Origin: Utricularia gibba
Lineage: Eukaryota > Plantae > Magnoliophyta
Reading direction: 5' to 3'
NCBI GenBank assembly: GCA_002189035.1
Contig: NEEC01000004.1
Span: forward strand, 744,001 to 808,000
Length of the DNA stretch: 64,000 nt
The notes below the pieces were generated by a model, which had not been told where the DNA came from, did not search any database, and worked only from the letters and a program-made list of their open reading frames with translations. Shown in pieces: positions 54,201 to 64,000 of this stretch. The position numbers and the translations under genes were made by a program. Numbering within the stretch: the first letter of the stretch is position 1; the number at the start of each line of letters is the position of its first letter.

Positions 54201-57200
54201 TGGAAATCTCTTTGTACACTCATTCAGGGAGAAGAAATATGTGTTGCTCTTCAAACACACATCAATGATGTAATGTTGCGCCGTTATTCGAAAGCACGTG
54301 CTGCAGCTAATAGTTCAGTAAATGGCCATAGTTCCGACAGTACTCGACCACTTGCTGCTGATGTCAATGACAAGCGTGTTTCGGAACTGTCTAAATCTCT
54401 TGCAGAAACAGAAAAAAGATTAAATCAAGTGAGTTCTTTTTGCTTATTTACAGCTTCTCTTTAAGGTCTTGCTGTAGGAAAGAAGAAGTGCTTTAGCATT
54501 GTTGACATTGATGCTATTTATGTACAGCTTCAAGGCAATCTAAATGAAAAACAGAAACAAGAGCAAAGGATGAATGAGGCGATAGAGAGTCTTGAAAGTA
54601 TGTTGCAGTCAGAAAAGAAATATTTAGAAGAAATTGTGCGTGAACGTGATAATCTTAGAATCCTGTGCGAGGAAAAAGATGCAGCTCTTCAGGTTACCAT
54701 ATTTGTTGTAAACTAAATTATCTCTGGAATTTGTGTTTCCTAATTTTTGGGTTCCCATCAGGCTGTGTTGTTGGAGAAACAAAACCTAGAGGTGAGGAAT
54801 GCAAAACTCAATATTGAAGGTCTTGACAACTTCAAGAATGAGCTGGTTGAAAAAAATAACCAGGCATGTGTGTGCAATCATTTTTTAATCTTCCTTTAGA
54901 CGCTATCTGAGAAGTTTCACATTTTATTTTTCTCCTTTATTCACCTTACAGTTAACTGTATGCCAATAGGTCCTGCATAAATTTCAAGAAGAACTAAAAG
55001 CCCGCAGTGCAGAGTTGCATTCAGTAGAGGAGGCAAAAAGAAAGCTGTTGAATGAGAAAGTTTCTCTGGAAGAAAGACTCGCGAGGTTGGAAAGGAGTAA
55101 GGCTTCTGAGGTATATATTCTGTTTTTCCCACGAAGTTTTACACTGTGACAATAGCTTCACATGTATCAATGAAAATCCCTGTGGTTTATGAAATACAGC
55201 GTGTTGCTATACATGGAAAATTTGAAAAGGAAAGTGCGGATATGAAGCTTCACATTTCTGAACTTCAAAAGAAATTTGAAGAGATGGCAAGAGACCTGGC
55301 TGTTGCAAAATCAGTAATTGCTGCAAAGGACAATGAGTTGTCTGCATTGGAAAACAATATCCGGGAACTGGATGAACTTAGAGAAATGAAGGAGGTGAGA
55401 AGTCGACTTCTATGGATATTATTTCTTGGAAAGAGAGATACAAAAAAGGAAAAGAGGAATAATTTCGAGTGTACTTTAATTAGGATATTGATAGGAAGAA
55501 TGAGCAGACAGCAGCAATTTTGAAGATGCAAGGGGCTCAATTGGCCGAGATGGAGACACTTTACAAGGAAGAACAAACAATGAGAAAGCGCTACTTTAAC
55601 ATGATTGAAGGTGATTCAAGATTTTACTTCTCATATAGTGCAATCGATGTTAAAATCCTGAATAACCTTTGAAAACTCATGATCAGTAGGTGATGTTGTG
55701 ATAGTTTTTTTCCATGGTTCGTTCTACTTTTCAGTTTCCTAAGAACTAGTTGAGAATGGATGATTCCTTGGTCTGTGCACAAGTTATCAACATTGAAATA
55801 GCATTTCTTATTGAACATCCCATGTTAGTTGCAGATTTGAATAGATTGGATTTTTCGTTATCTCATTATCTGGCTTTTGTTCTGTATCCTATTATATTTT
55901 CTTATCAGATATGAAAGGGAAGATTCGAGTTTATTGTCGGATAAGGCCATTTACTGAGAAAGAAATGTTAGAGAACGAAAGAAATGTGCTGCATTCTGCA
56001 GATGAGTTCACCGTGGAGCATATGTGGAAAGATGATAAAGCGAAACAACACATTTATGATCATGTTTTTGATGGTAGTGCTTCCCAGGTGGATATTTTTG
56101 AGGACACGAAGGTACCCCCTGATTTATTTTCTAGGACTTGTGCTGATAATTTACTTTTTTTTTTATTATTTTTTCCATGGACCTTTATGACTTGTTCCGT
56201 TTAAATTCTTTGGTGTCAGTATTTGGTGCAATCTGCTATTGATGGATACAACGTATGCATTTTTGCCTACGGACAAACTGGTTCTGGGAAGACGTACACA
56301 ATATATGGTCCTACAGACAATCCTGGGTTAACTCCTCGTGCCATATTGGAAGTTTTTAGAATTATGAAACGAGATAGTAAGAAATACTCGTTTACCCTGA
56401 AGGTAACTAATGCTTGTCAGTCTCATTTGCTTGGTTGCAATCCAATTTATAACATACGTGGTTTCAGGCATATATGGTAGAGTTATACCAAGATACGTTG
56501 ATAGACGTCCTGCTTCCCAGAAATGGGAAGCGTTTGAAGTTGGACATTAAAAAGGATTCGAAGGTACATGACGCAAATTTGAATGTTTGTTAAATGATAT
56601 TTGTAGTGTATTCAAATGATTCGCGTGTAATTTTTTTTGTCTTGTTTGTTACAGGGAATGGTGGTTGTGGAAAACGTAACCATGTTATCCATTTCATCGT
56701 TTGATGAGTTAAAAAATATTATTGAGAGGGGACAAAACCAGCGCCATACCACAGAGACATTAATGAATGAAGAAAGTTCAAGGTCTCATTTGATTCTTTC
56801 CATTGTCATTGAAAGCACAAATCTACAAACGCAGTCTGTTGCTAGGGGGAAGGTATTGGCCATGCACTTCTCTTCTTTTGTTACACATTAGCATTAAAAA
56901 GAAGATAGGTGAGGCTTGTTTTGTGTGGATTTTCTTTTCTTGTTAACACTCTGATCCTCGTGCAGCTAAGTTTCGTGGACCTTGCTGGCTCCGAGAGAGT
57001 GAAGAAATCAGGCTCTGTTGGTAATCAACTGAAGGAGGCTCAGAGCATAAATAAATCTCTTTCTGCCTTGGCGATGTCATTGGCGCCTTATCGTCCGGCA
57101 ACCCACACATCCCATACAGGAATCATAAACTAACAATGCTGATGAGTGATTCACTGGGTGGTAATGCTAAAACCTTGATGTTTGTCAACATATCACCAGC

Positions 57201-57521
57201 TGAATCAAATCTTGAAGAGACATACAACTCGCTGACGTATGTCATCACTACCAACTTCTCTCCATGACACATCTCTACTTCTGCTTTAAGTTAAGACATT
57301 CTTGACATCATTTGTCCATGTTCCACAGGTATGCATCCCGGGTTCGATCGATCATCAACGACCCCAACAAGAACGTTTCATCAAAGGAAGTTGCTCGCTT
57401 GAAGAAGCTGGTGGCCTATTGGAAGGAACAGGCTGGGCAAAAAGGTGATGACGAGGAACTGGAAGACATACAAGATGAAGCAAACCGGAAAGATAAGTCA
57501 GATGTTCGTCATTCCATGTAA
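51291..57521 (+). CDS. KCBP: Kinesin-like calmodulin-binding protein (MyTH4-FERM-coiled coil-kinesin-14 motor); needs +1 base at 51578-51581 and at 57070-57071
   Basis: [18 protein letters not shown]; [22 protein letters not shown]; [19 protein letters not shown]; [13 protein letters not shown]; [11 protein letters not shown]; NEESSRSH; [15 protein letters not shown]; CaM-binding [18 protein letters not shown]. Confidence 0.96.
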
Positions 57522-57777
57522 GATAATCCATGTTGCAATTCCCACTACCACTATCGGTCACAGAACTGCAACTGCTTGTACTACCACTGCCCTCCCTTGT
57601 CTAGATTTTGTTGCCTGAAAGGGCGACATGCACTGGGCTTCTAGTTGATGGTGTACAGTAGATATGTAAATGATGATTATGGTTATACCATAAAATGCTT
57701 GTAGCTCTGATTCTCAAGTGTTGACAAGAACAACATAGGTACAGGATGAACGCAGTGGAAAGAAAGGTGGTAGCTTG

Positions 57778-58471
57778 CTAGAGAAATCCGTCCCTTCGAT
57801 CTTGTTCCTCAGCTTCTTGGTTAGCAACTTGCACAGATTTGAACCAAAGAAATGCCTGGAGTTACCAAATGAAGGCAAAGGCTTGTTATAAAACAGATGC
57901 GCTCGGCAGGGCTTGAGTTAGCGAAAGCAAAAATAGAAGCTGAGCTTACAGATGATGGGATGCCTGTGATGGCAAAGAATCCGAGCAATGGGGTGTAGAA
58001 GACACTGTCCGGATTCACAACTCCGAAGACTGGTCTTTGATTCACGTACTCAAAGACCGAGCCGATCTGTCAGCCACTATAGTTCAGTTCATAGACTGGT
58101 AAACCCCTGAGAACGTAAGGAATTGGATTTACCGCAGCAATGGCGGTGACAGCAGATGCGAGCAAGTAAACATAGAACGGAAACTCCGTTCCCGGTGACT
58201 CATTCTTGGCTTCTTGGCGAGCCCAAGGAGGGGGCTCATCGGAATCCGGCCGGGCCCATGAAGGCACCTCTTCTTTCTCCGGCTGATTTTCACTGGAACC
58301 CGCGGCGGTTATTACCCCCACTCGCCTCCGGTAAAGTGGCGCGAGAATCTCCGGTTTTTCCGATCCAGGCTTCACAGAAGAACAGATTGCTGTCTGGCTC
58401 CCCGGAACTAGTAAAATTTTTTCAGGCAACGATGATTTAAAGAGAAAGGAAGAAGCCATTGTCGCCGCCAT
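57778..58471 (-). CDS. Conserved chloroplast membrane protein of unknown function (At3g51510-like), 3 exons
   Basis: Transit peptide; EVPSWARPDSDEPPPWAR; FYVYLLASAVTAIAA/IGSVFEYVNQRPVFG..PLLGFFAITGIPSS/AFLWFKSVQVANQEAEEQDRRDGFL*. Confidence 0.85.
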
Positions 58472-59079
58472 GACGAGCTCCGCAAATTCTCATTCACGAT
58501 CACAAGCTTATTATCCTTCGCTACATCTCTGCTGTCTTTTATAATTTTAAAGTGTTTTATGGTGGGCTCTTAATGGGCCTATTGAGCCCATCACACAATA
58601 GTGGACCCTGAATTGATCCATTTACAATTTTGTCGCATTTGCTTCTCCGTCTCTCTGCTCTGTAAATCAGTTCTCAATACAATCTCCGAAAAAGAAGAGC
58701 TTCTTTTCCGCCATCCTTAGCATCTTTTATGCAGACAGCAGCCAATGTGGATGGGAATTCACCGGCGACCTTAAAAGTGTTTTTTTTTTTTGTTGTTGTA
58801 ACCCATAGATCGATAAGGTAAGGTGTTGTGTACGTTAACCCATTGTGCCAAAACCAGAGTACATAGAGAAGACAAAATTGCTGTCACCACGTGGAAAACT
58901 TGATGTGGGTGCCCGATTTTTTTTGGCGGCGGGTGGATAGCTGAATTTAATGTTGCCCATCAGAAAGGCGTTGTTTTCAAGGGCCGAGAATTGAGTCAGA
59001 CTACGCTAACTCCCCCCGATTCCGTACTCTGGTTGCTTCGCTAATTCCCTCCTGATTCTTTAGCATCTGGGTAGCTTCC

Positions 59080-60901
59080 ATGGCGTCGAAGGGAGAAACT
59101 GGTGAAGTGGTTGAGGGTTCAGTGTCCGGCACTTGGGAGGAGTTCAAGGGCACTCCGGGACCCTTTTTACCAACAATTTTGATGCTGTTGATTTGGATGG
59201 GTCTGTTCATTTCATCGTTCTTGTTATAATGCTCTCCTTCGTTCTTCTACCACTTCCCAAAGCAATTGGGTCGGTATTTAGTACTCATCTTGTGGTTTTA
59301 GAATAGTTTTCAGCACTTTTCTGTGTTCTCAAGTTCGCGTTTTAGGTTGGTTACAGTGTGATGGGATTGCTTCTGATATTGATAGTCATTCCTATTGATG
59401 AAGAGAACAAATGGGGAATCAAACTGTGCAGGTGAGCTTTCAGGAGATTACATGTTGTTCTTCTTTTGCTTATTTTGTTCTCTGTGTTTCAGGATTGGTT
59501 TTCACATCCATGGTTTACAATAGTTGTTGCATTTGCAGGTATTTGTGTCAACGAGCTGTTGGATATTTCCCGGTGACTTTGTATGTAGAAGACATCAAAG
59601 CCTTCGATCCCAATGAGGCGTATGGTAAACTTCCTCTTCATCTTCAAGATTGCTCCTTTTTTGTTATAGTATGCATTCTATGCCACGTTAGTTAGCTTCC
59701 TGATATGATTGGTGGATATTTCAGCTCATCTATCTGTGTTCCTTGAGAAATATTTATTGGCAATGTGTTGACTTGAGGTTCAGTTCACACGACGTCGCAA
59801 TCTTCTTCTCAAGTCCATTGACACACTATCACCATGTTCTTACAGTTTTTGGATATGCACCACATTCTGTTTTTCCATTTGGAGTTGTTGCACTCGCCGA
59901 CCTTACAGGTTTCTTGCCTCTGAGGAAAATCAAGGTCCTCGCCAGCAATGCCGTACGTCTCCTCCCAATAAGTGAATCGCTTTTCAATTCATCCTCTCAA
60001 TGGCAATGAATGCAACTTATACCACACTGTGGGGTGACTCTGTCAGGTATTTTACGTGCCATTCATGAGACATATCTGGTCCTGGTGTGGATTAACATCT
60101 GCAAACCGGGAAAACTTCAGTCGTCTTCTGGCCTCCGGTTACAGCTGCATAATTATACCAGGGGGGTTCAAGAGGCAGCTTATATGCAACATGACTCAGA
60201 GGTTTAGTCTTGTGCACCTAAGGGAATTTCTTCCTGCATCACATTCTCATTAGATGGGCCACTTGCATGTGTAGGTCGCCTTCATTCTGAATAGGCGTGG
60301 ATTCGTGCGCATTGCCATGGAGAACGGCAAACCCCTGGTCCCTGTCTTCTGCTTCGGTCAGGTGTAACCCCACAAAACACAGTTTGAAGATCATGTAGGC
60401 TATCTGTACCTTCCCCTCACCTGAAACTCATCTCAATGCATATTCACTGCAGACCGATGCATACAAGTGGTGGAAGCCTACAGGGAAGCTCTACGTGGCC
60501 TTTTCTCGAGCCATCAAGTTCGCCCCAATCGTGTTCTGGGGTGTTCTGGGGTATGTCTGAACGACAGACACCTCCGCTGCTGCTGCTTCTTACATTTATC
60601 CTGATTCTTCACCTTATCTGCCCCTTGCAGTTCACCAGTTCCGTTTATGCGCCCCGTCCATGTTGTCGTCGGGCGGCCCATTCCTGTCCAGAAAAACACT
60701 AATCCAAGTGCAGAGGAGGTCTGTCCTGTTCCATTAAAAAGAACCACCTCATTGCTTCTGTATGCTGGTTGTGTTTCTGAATCCCGAATGCGATCGCAGG
60801 TTGCCCAACTCCATGCCCAGTTCGTCCAAGCTCTGAAAGATCTGTTCTACAGGCAAAGAGAAAGAGCAGGATATCCCAACTTGGAGCTCAGAGTTGTATA
60901 G
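59080..60901 (+). CDS. DGAT2: Diacylglycerol O-acyltransferase 2; needs +1 G at 59199-59201
   Basis: [28 protein letters not shown][S]VHFIVLV; [10 protein letters not shown]; [11 protein letters not shown]; [10 protein letters not shown]/(GGVQEAAY); [23 protein letters not shown]; [10 protein letters not shown]; ends LELRVV*. Confidence 0.92.
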
Positions 60902-61111
60902 GAAATGTGTTGTAGAAGGAAGTTAGTGGAGACTGGAGAGCATGAATGAAACCTTGGGGCTTGGGCTCATAATAAGATTTGCCTTCTTTTTCCCTGCACA
61001 TCAAATATAAATATGGAATTTTGAAATTATTAAATTCAAATTCATATTTCTATATATTTTGTAATTATACGCACTATATATTGTGATGGGCGGTCCAGAT
61101 CATATCTCCGA

Positions 61112-61238
61112 GGCCCATGGGCCCAGCCCATTACAAAATACGAATCTAGGGTTCTCGAGGGACTGGATTCCCGATCTATAAAGGCGAGCGGCGAGTGCAT
61201 CAAAACCGTCTTCGTCCATTGGCAGCTGTGTAGGGTTT
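61112..61238 (+). promoter_or_regulatory. Ribosome-biogenesis-type promoter (site II x3, telo-boxes, TATA) of the snoRNA cluster
   Basis: GGCCCA 61112-61117, TGGGCC 61118-61123, AGCCCA 61125-61130; TAGGGTT 61147-61153; TATAAA 61177-61182; TAGGGTTT (reverse complement of AAACCCTA) 61231-61238. No protein gene follows. Confidence 0.75.
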
Positions 61239-61299
61239 TTCTTCTCTGTTTCTCGATGTGCTTCTGCTCCTGCCAATCCTTGTTTTCAGTTTCGTTTTC

Positions 61300-61375
61300 C
61301 ATCAGTGATGAGAAATACTGCAACAATATGAATGGTGAAATCCAATGATTCATAGTATTTAAGTCTCTGATGATG
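61300..61375 (+). ncRNA. snoR13: Box C/D snoRNA, snoR13 type (dual guide)
   Basis: Terminal stem CATCA/TGATG; C box GTGATGA 61305-61311; D' ATGA 61328-61331 preceded by ACTGCAACAAT (complementary to recalled 18S GUUGUUGCAGU); C' ATGATT 61345-61350; D CTGA 61367-61370 preceded by GTATTTAAGTC (complementary to recalled 25S GACUUAAAUAC). Confidence 0.85.
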
Positions 61376-61452
61376 TCTTATTCCCAAAAACTTCTTTTTT
61401 TTCCCGATCTGCATTCCGGTTTATTGCTGTATTGCCATATTCAAAATTTACT

Positions 61453-61600
61453 CTATGGCTCCATCTCGAGTCAGCAGCAGGTGCCTAATTTTTTGGTAAC
61501 CCGTCTGCCGCTTGGAGCCCATAGTGAGGTTGCCAGTTTGAAGATCCATGGAAGCCATGTTTTTGTTAATTTTCCATGATACAATTTACTGGGTACAATT
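61453..61600 (+). ncRNA. Candidate box H/ACA snoRNA (about 148 nt, two hairpins)
   Basis: Hairpin 1 ATGGCTCCA..TGGAGCCCAT; weak H box ATAGTG 61521-61526; hairpin 2 CCAGT/ACTGG lower stem and CATGGAA/TTCCATG upper stem; pocket TTGAAGATC + ACAATT complementary to recalled 18S AAUUGUUGGUCUUCAA; ACA at 61595-61597. Confidence 0.65.
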
Positions 61601-61634
61601 TGCTTAACGGTTTTCCTTTTTTCTCTTCTTCAAA

Positions 61635-61716
61635 TTGGAGATATGACGACGCAAATTGGTCCGTGTTTCTGACTATACGTGACAGATAACCCCTTTTTTC
61701 AAGCACTGATCTCCAA
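61635..61716 (+). ncRNA. U18: Box C/D snoRNA U18 (SNORD18)
   Basis: Stem TTGGAGA/TCTCCAA; C box variant ATGACGA 61643-61649; hallmark ATTGGTCCGTGTTTCTGA (guide to 25S AAACACGGACCAA, D' at 61669-61672); D box CTGA 61706-61709. Confidence 0.92.
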
Positions 61717-61758
61717 AAAAAAAATTCTCTTTTTTTGTGTTTCTTAAAGTTTGCAAGG

Positions 61759-61861
61759 TGAAGGAGCTCCATGATTGTGTACCCTTATGAATGGGGGAAT
61801 ATACGCTATGCTGACACTCAAATGAATCGAAACTTTTGATTTACAAATGAGAGCTCCTTCA
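61759..61861 (+). ncRNA. U54: Box C/D snoRNA U54 (SNORD54) type with degenerate C/D boxes
   Basis: 11-bp stem TGAAGGAGCTC/GAGCTCCTTCA; C-like ATGATT 61771-61776; guide AATATACGCTAT 61798-61809 (complementary to recalled 18S AUAGCGUAUAUU) then G-CTGA 61811-61814; D-like ATGA 61847-61850. Confidence 0.82.
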
Positions 61862-61887
61862 TCCTCATTCCATCATGTCTTGTTATT

Positions 61888-61986
61888 CTTCTGCTGTGAT
61901 GATTCATGAACAAACTTCGCATGTCAGACTTCAGAGATTTCTAAAAAAATCTATGAGAAGACAGCTTCATTTTCCCTGAGCAGAAG
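61888..61986 (+). ncRNA. snoR58Y: Box C/D snoRNA snoR58Y (yeast snR58) type
   Basis: Stem CTTCTGC/GCAGAAG; C box GTGATGA 61896-61902; guide GCATGTCAGACT 61919-61930 (complementary to recalled 25S AGUCUGACAUGU) before D' CAGA 61932-61935; D box CTGA 61976-61979. Confidence 0.85.
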
Positions 61987-62881
61987 TCTCCATTCCCCGC
62001 TAGCCTTTTTTCGCTTGAATGTATCTTCCTCTCTTGGCAATTAATCTTGCAGATCCATGGTGTTTAGAGATGCTTCCTCCCAAAGCTTTCCTGGAGGAGA
62101 ACCCCCTAAATGCAACAAGCTTCTACTGGAGAAATTTGCTTACATAATTCATACCGGTGCTTCTGATTCTCTTGTAGACCAAAACAAACTGTTCTGTCCG
62201 CGCGACCGAAAAGATTCAAGTATATAGGACTCGGTCCAAATGTTTAGATCGCAAGTAATGAAGATAGATTTTTTGTTTTAATATTTATGTTTCATTGTGA
62301 AAACCAGTTTTTATTGTTTTTAATTTTGAAATTATTTTTAAAAGCATATTTATCTACTATGAGATACTGTTTCCTAAGTATTAAATAATTATGAAAAAGG
62401 AATGTAATGGCTCATACTTCTTGAGTATGCCAGTATAATATTAAAATATATGAAAATTAATTATTTCTGTTTATTTGAATGTAATAAATAAGACATGGTG
62501 ATTGTCATCATCAACACATGTCATTGAACTTAGGAATACTCACATGTCATTAACTGTTTTTTTAAAACAAATTATTAATATGTAGTTAGTATCTAATATT
62601 ATAATGTTTTGTTGAGTATAAAATAATATAATATAAATACATGTAATAGATAATCATCACCAGTTAGATATCGAACCCTCACGTTATTTAGCATGAAATT
62701 GTATTATTACCAATTTCACACCGGAAAAACAGGCTCTGTTGGCTCTGAATCTCAATTACATGTGGCGGGGATGAAGCCCGCCGTGCCGTGATCACGAGTT
62801 CGGCCTTGATCTCAGAGAAGAAAGAACCAATGGATTATTGCCACATCAGACACAAGGAATCCCCAAGGCTGTGTGCGGATC

Positions 62882-63633
62882 TCACTTGACGGTGGTGAGG
62901 CTGAACGCCGCCGCGGCAGTTTTGAGCTCCGCCTGCGCAGTCTGACTCCCAACTGCACCTTCCTCCTCCAAATTGGTGCTACTAACACATCATAAACCCC
63001 AGATTACACCCACCCAGATCGCCATTTTGCTAACAAATTACTGCTGCTACTACTACTCCTACCTGGAAAGACAGGCATCCGCGTCTAAGAGAATCTGGTT
63101 TGCTTCATGATCGAGCTGGGCGGCGTCGTAGGCCTTGAAATTATCATTCTCAGAGGCGGTCGGCATCATCCTCATCATCCTAGGGTCATTAGAATGATCG
63201 ATGTTCATTCCCATCACATCACTACTAAGCTGGGTAATCATTTGGGTGTGTATCATACCATCATCACCAACACCGCGGCTGTTGTTTTTGTAGTACTCCA
63301 GCTGGGCGTAAACGTGTTGCAGCTCAGCTACCGCGCACCACGTGTCCTGCATCAGCTTGTTGATAACGTGTTTGCAACCCAGAACCGGGAACCTCCGGCG
63401 GATCTCCGCCTCGTAGATCATCGACTTTATCGCGTCGTGCTTGTGGTCCTCTCTTGTGAGGCTGTCCAGCGTCTTCGTCACTTTGGAGACGCCGAACAGA
63501 CGGTGGACGTTCTGGAAGTTCTGGAATCAGAGGCTGGGAAATAAGGGGCCAGCGTACAGTCGGGCGTGCATTTTCGGCGCTGATATTTGCAGGCAGCGCA
63601 GGCGGGGGCCGCGCCTCCTTTGTTTACTGTCAT
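62882..63633 (-). CDS. LBD27: LOB-domain protein, LBD27/SIDECAR POLLEN-like, 2 exons; needs +1 C at about 63523-63524
   Basis: MTVNKGGAAPACAACKYQRRKCTPDCTLAPYFPA then, in the shifted frame, QNFQNVHRLFGVSKVTKTL..AIKSMIYEAEIRRRFPVLGC. GT-AG intron 63062-62979. Exon 2 ..AQAELKTAAAAFSLTTVK*. Confidence 0.88.
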
Positions 63634-64000
63634 CGGCGTTTTCGACCAGAAAATCGCGGCGAGCGCATTATATTTTGGGTTTGCTTCTACGAAAAAAGGC
63701 ATACGTGGCATCCGGATAAGGCATCTTGACCAAGTTTTAGTATGATTTTTCCTTTTTTAATAATAAAAAGTTGGACTGTTGCCGAGTCTTCCGTACAACT
63801 ACTATAAAATTTAAATCACTCACCATTTTGTTAAAATTGATTGTTACAACCACCACAAGGTCATTATCTTTTTTTAAAAAAATATTTACAATTATTTCTA
63901 AAATTCCCAAATCCAAAATTAACTCAAAACCCTATATAAATATATTTATTAATTGCATATTTTCTCTGTAGAATTCATATTTCAAGAATGCAAAATATAG

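Noticed and set aside
61759-61861. GAAGGAGCTC/GAGCTCCTTC resembles the miR159/319 hairpin arms
   Set aside because: Arm order is the reverse of MIR159/319, no full mature 21-mer is present, and the interior carries a U54 guide with boxes.

Overview
Eukaryotic (angiosperm, probably eudicot) nuclear DNA from a very compact genome. It holds 21 recognisable protein-coding genes in 64 kb with mostly 60-120 nt GT-AG introns and spacers of often 100-700 bp. This density suggests a miniature genome such as Utricularia/Genlisea (inference only). Gene order: UBP16/17-like, PELPK proline-rich protein, bHLH, SVP/AGL24-like MADS, O-fucosyltransferase, MSL2/3, two MITE-like elements plus a NET2/KIP1 pseudogene, NAT11, TM-TPR protein, CAD, class-3 lipase, MYB20/43-like, aspartic protease, OPI10/Hikeshi, UGPase, sucrose synthase (SUS5/6 type), RabF2, EamA transporter, KCBP/ZWICHEL, At3g51510-like, DGAT2, a snoRNA cluster, and LBD27-like. 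The main element missed by the ORF track is a polycistronic snoRNA cluster at about 61300-61990: four box C/D RNAs (snoR13, U18, U54, snoR58Y types) and one H/ACA candidate, behind a site II/telo-box/TATA promoter. Six single-base deletions in short G/C (one G/T) runs break otherwise intact genes and look like long-read consensus errors rather than biology. I found no evidence of a wholly new biological system; the best leads are the snoRNA cluster, the SUS-UGPase tandem pair, a duplicated splice acceptor and the TE-split NET2 relic. Orthologue names and rRNA target sequences come from memory and need database confirmation. CDS coordinates span first to last codon including introns.
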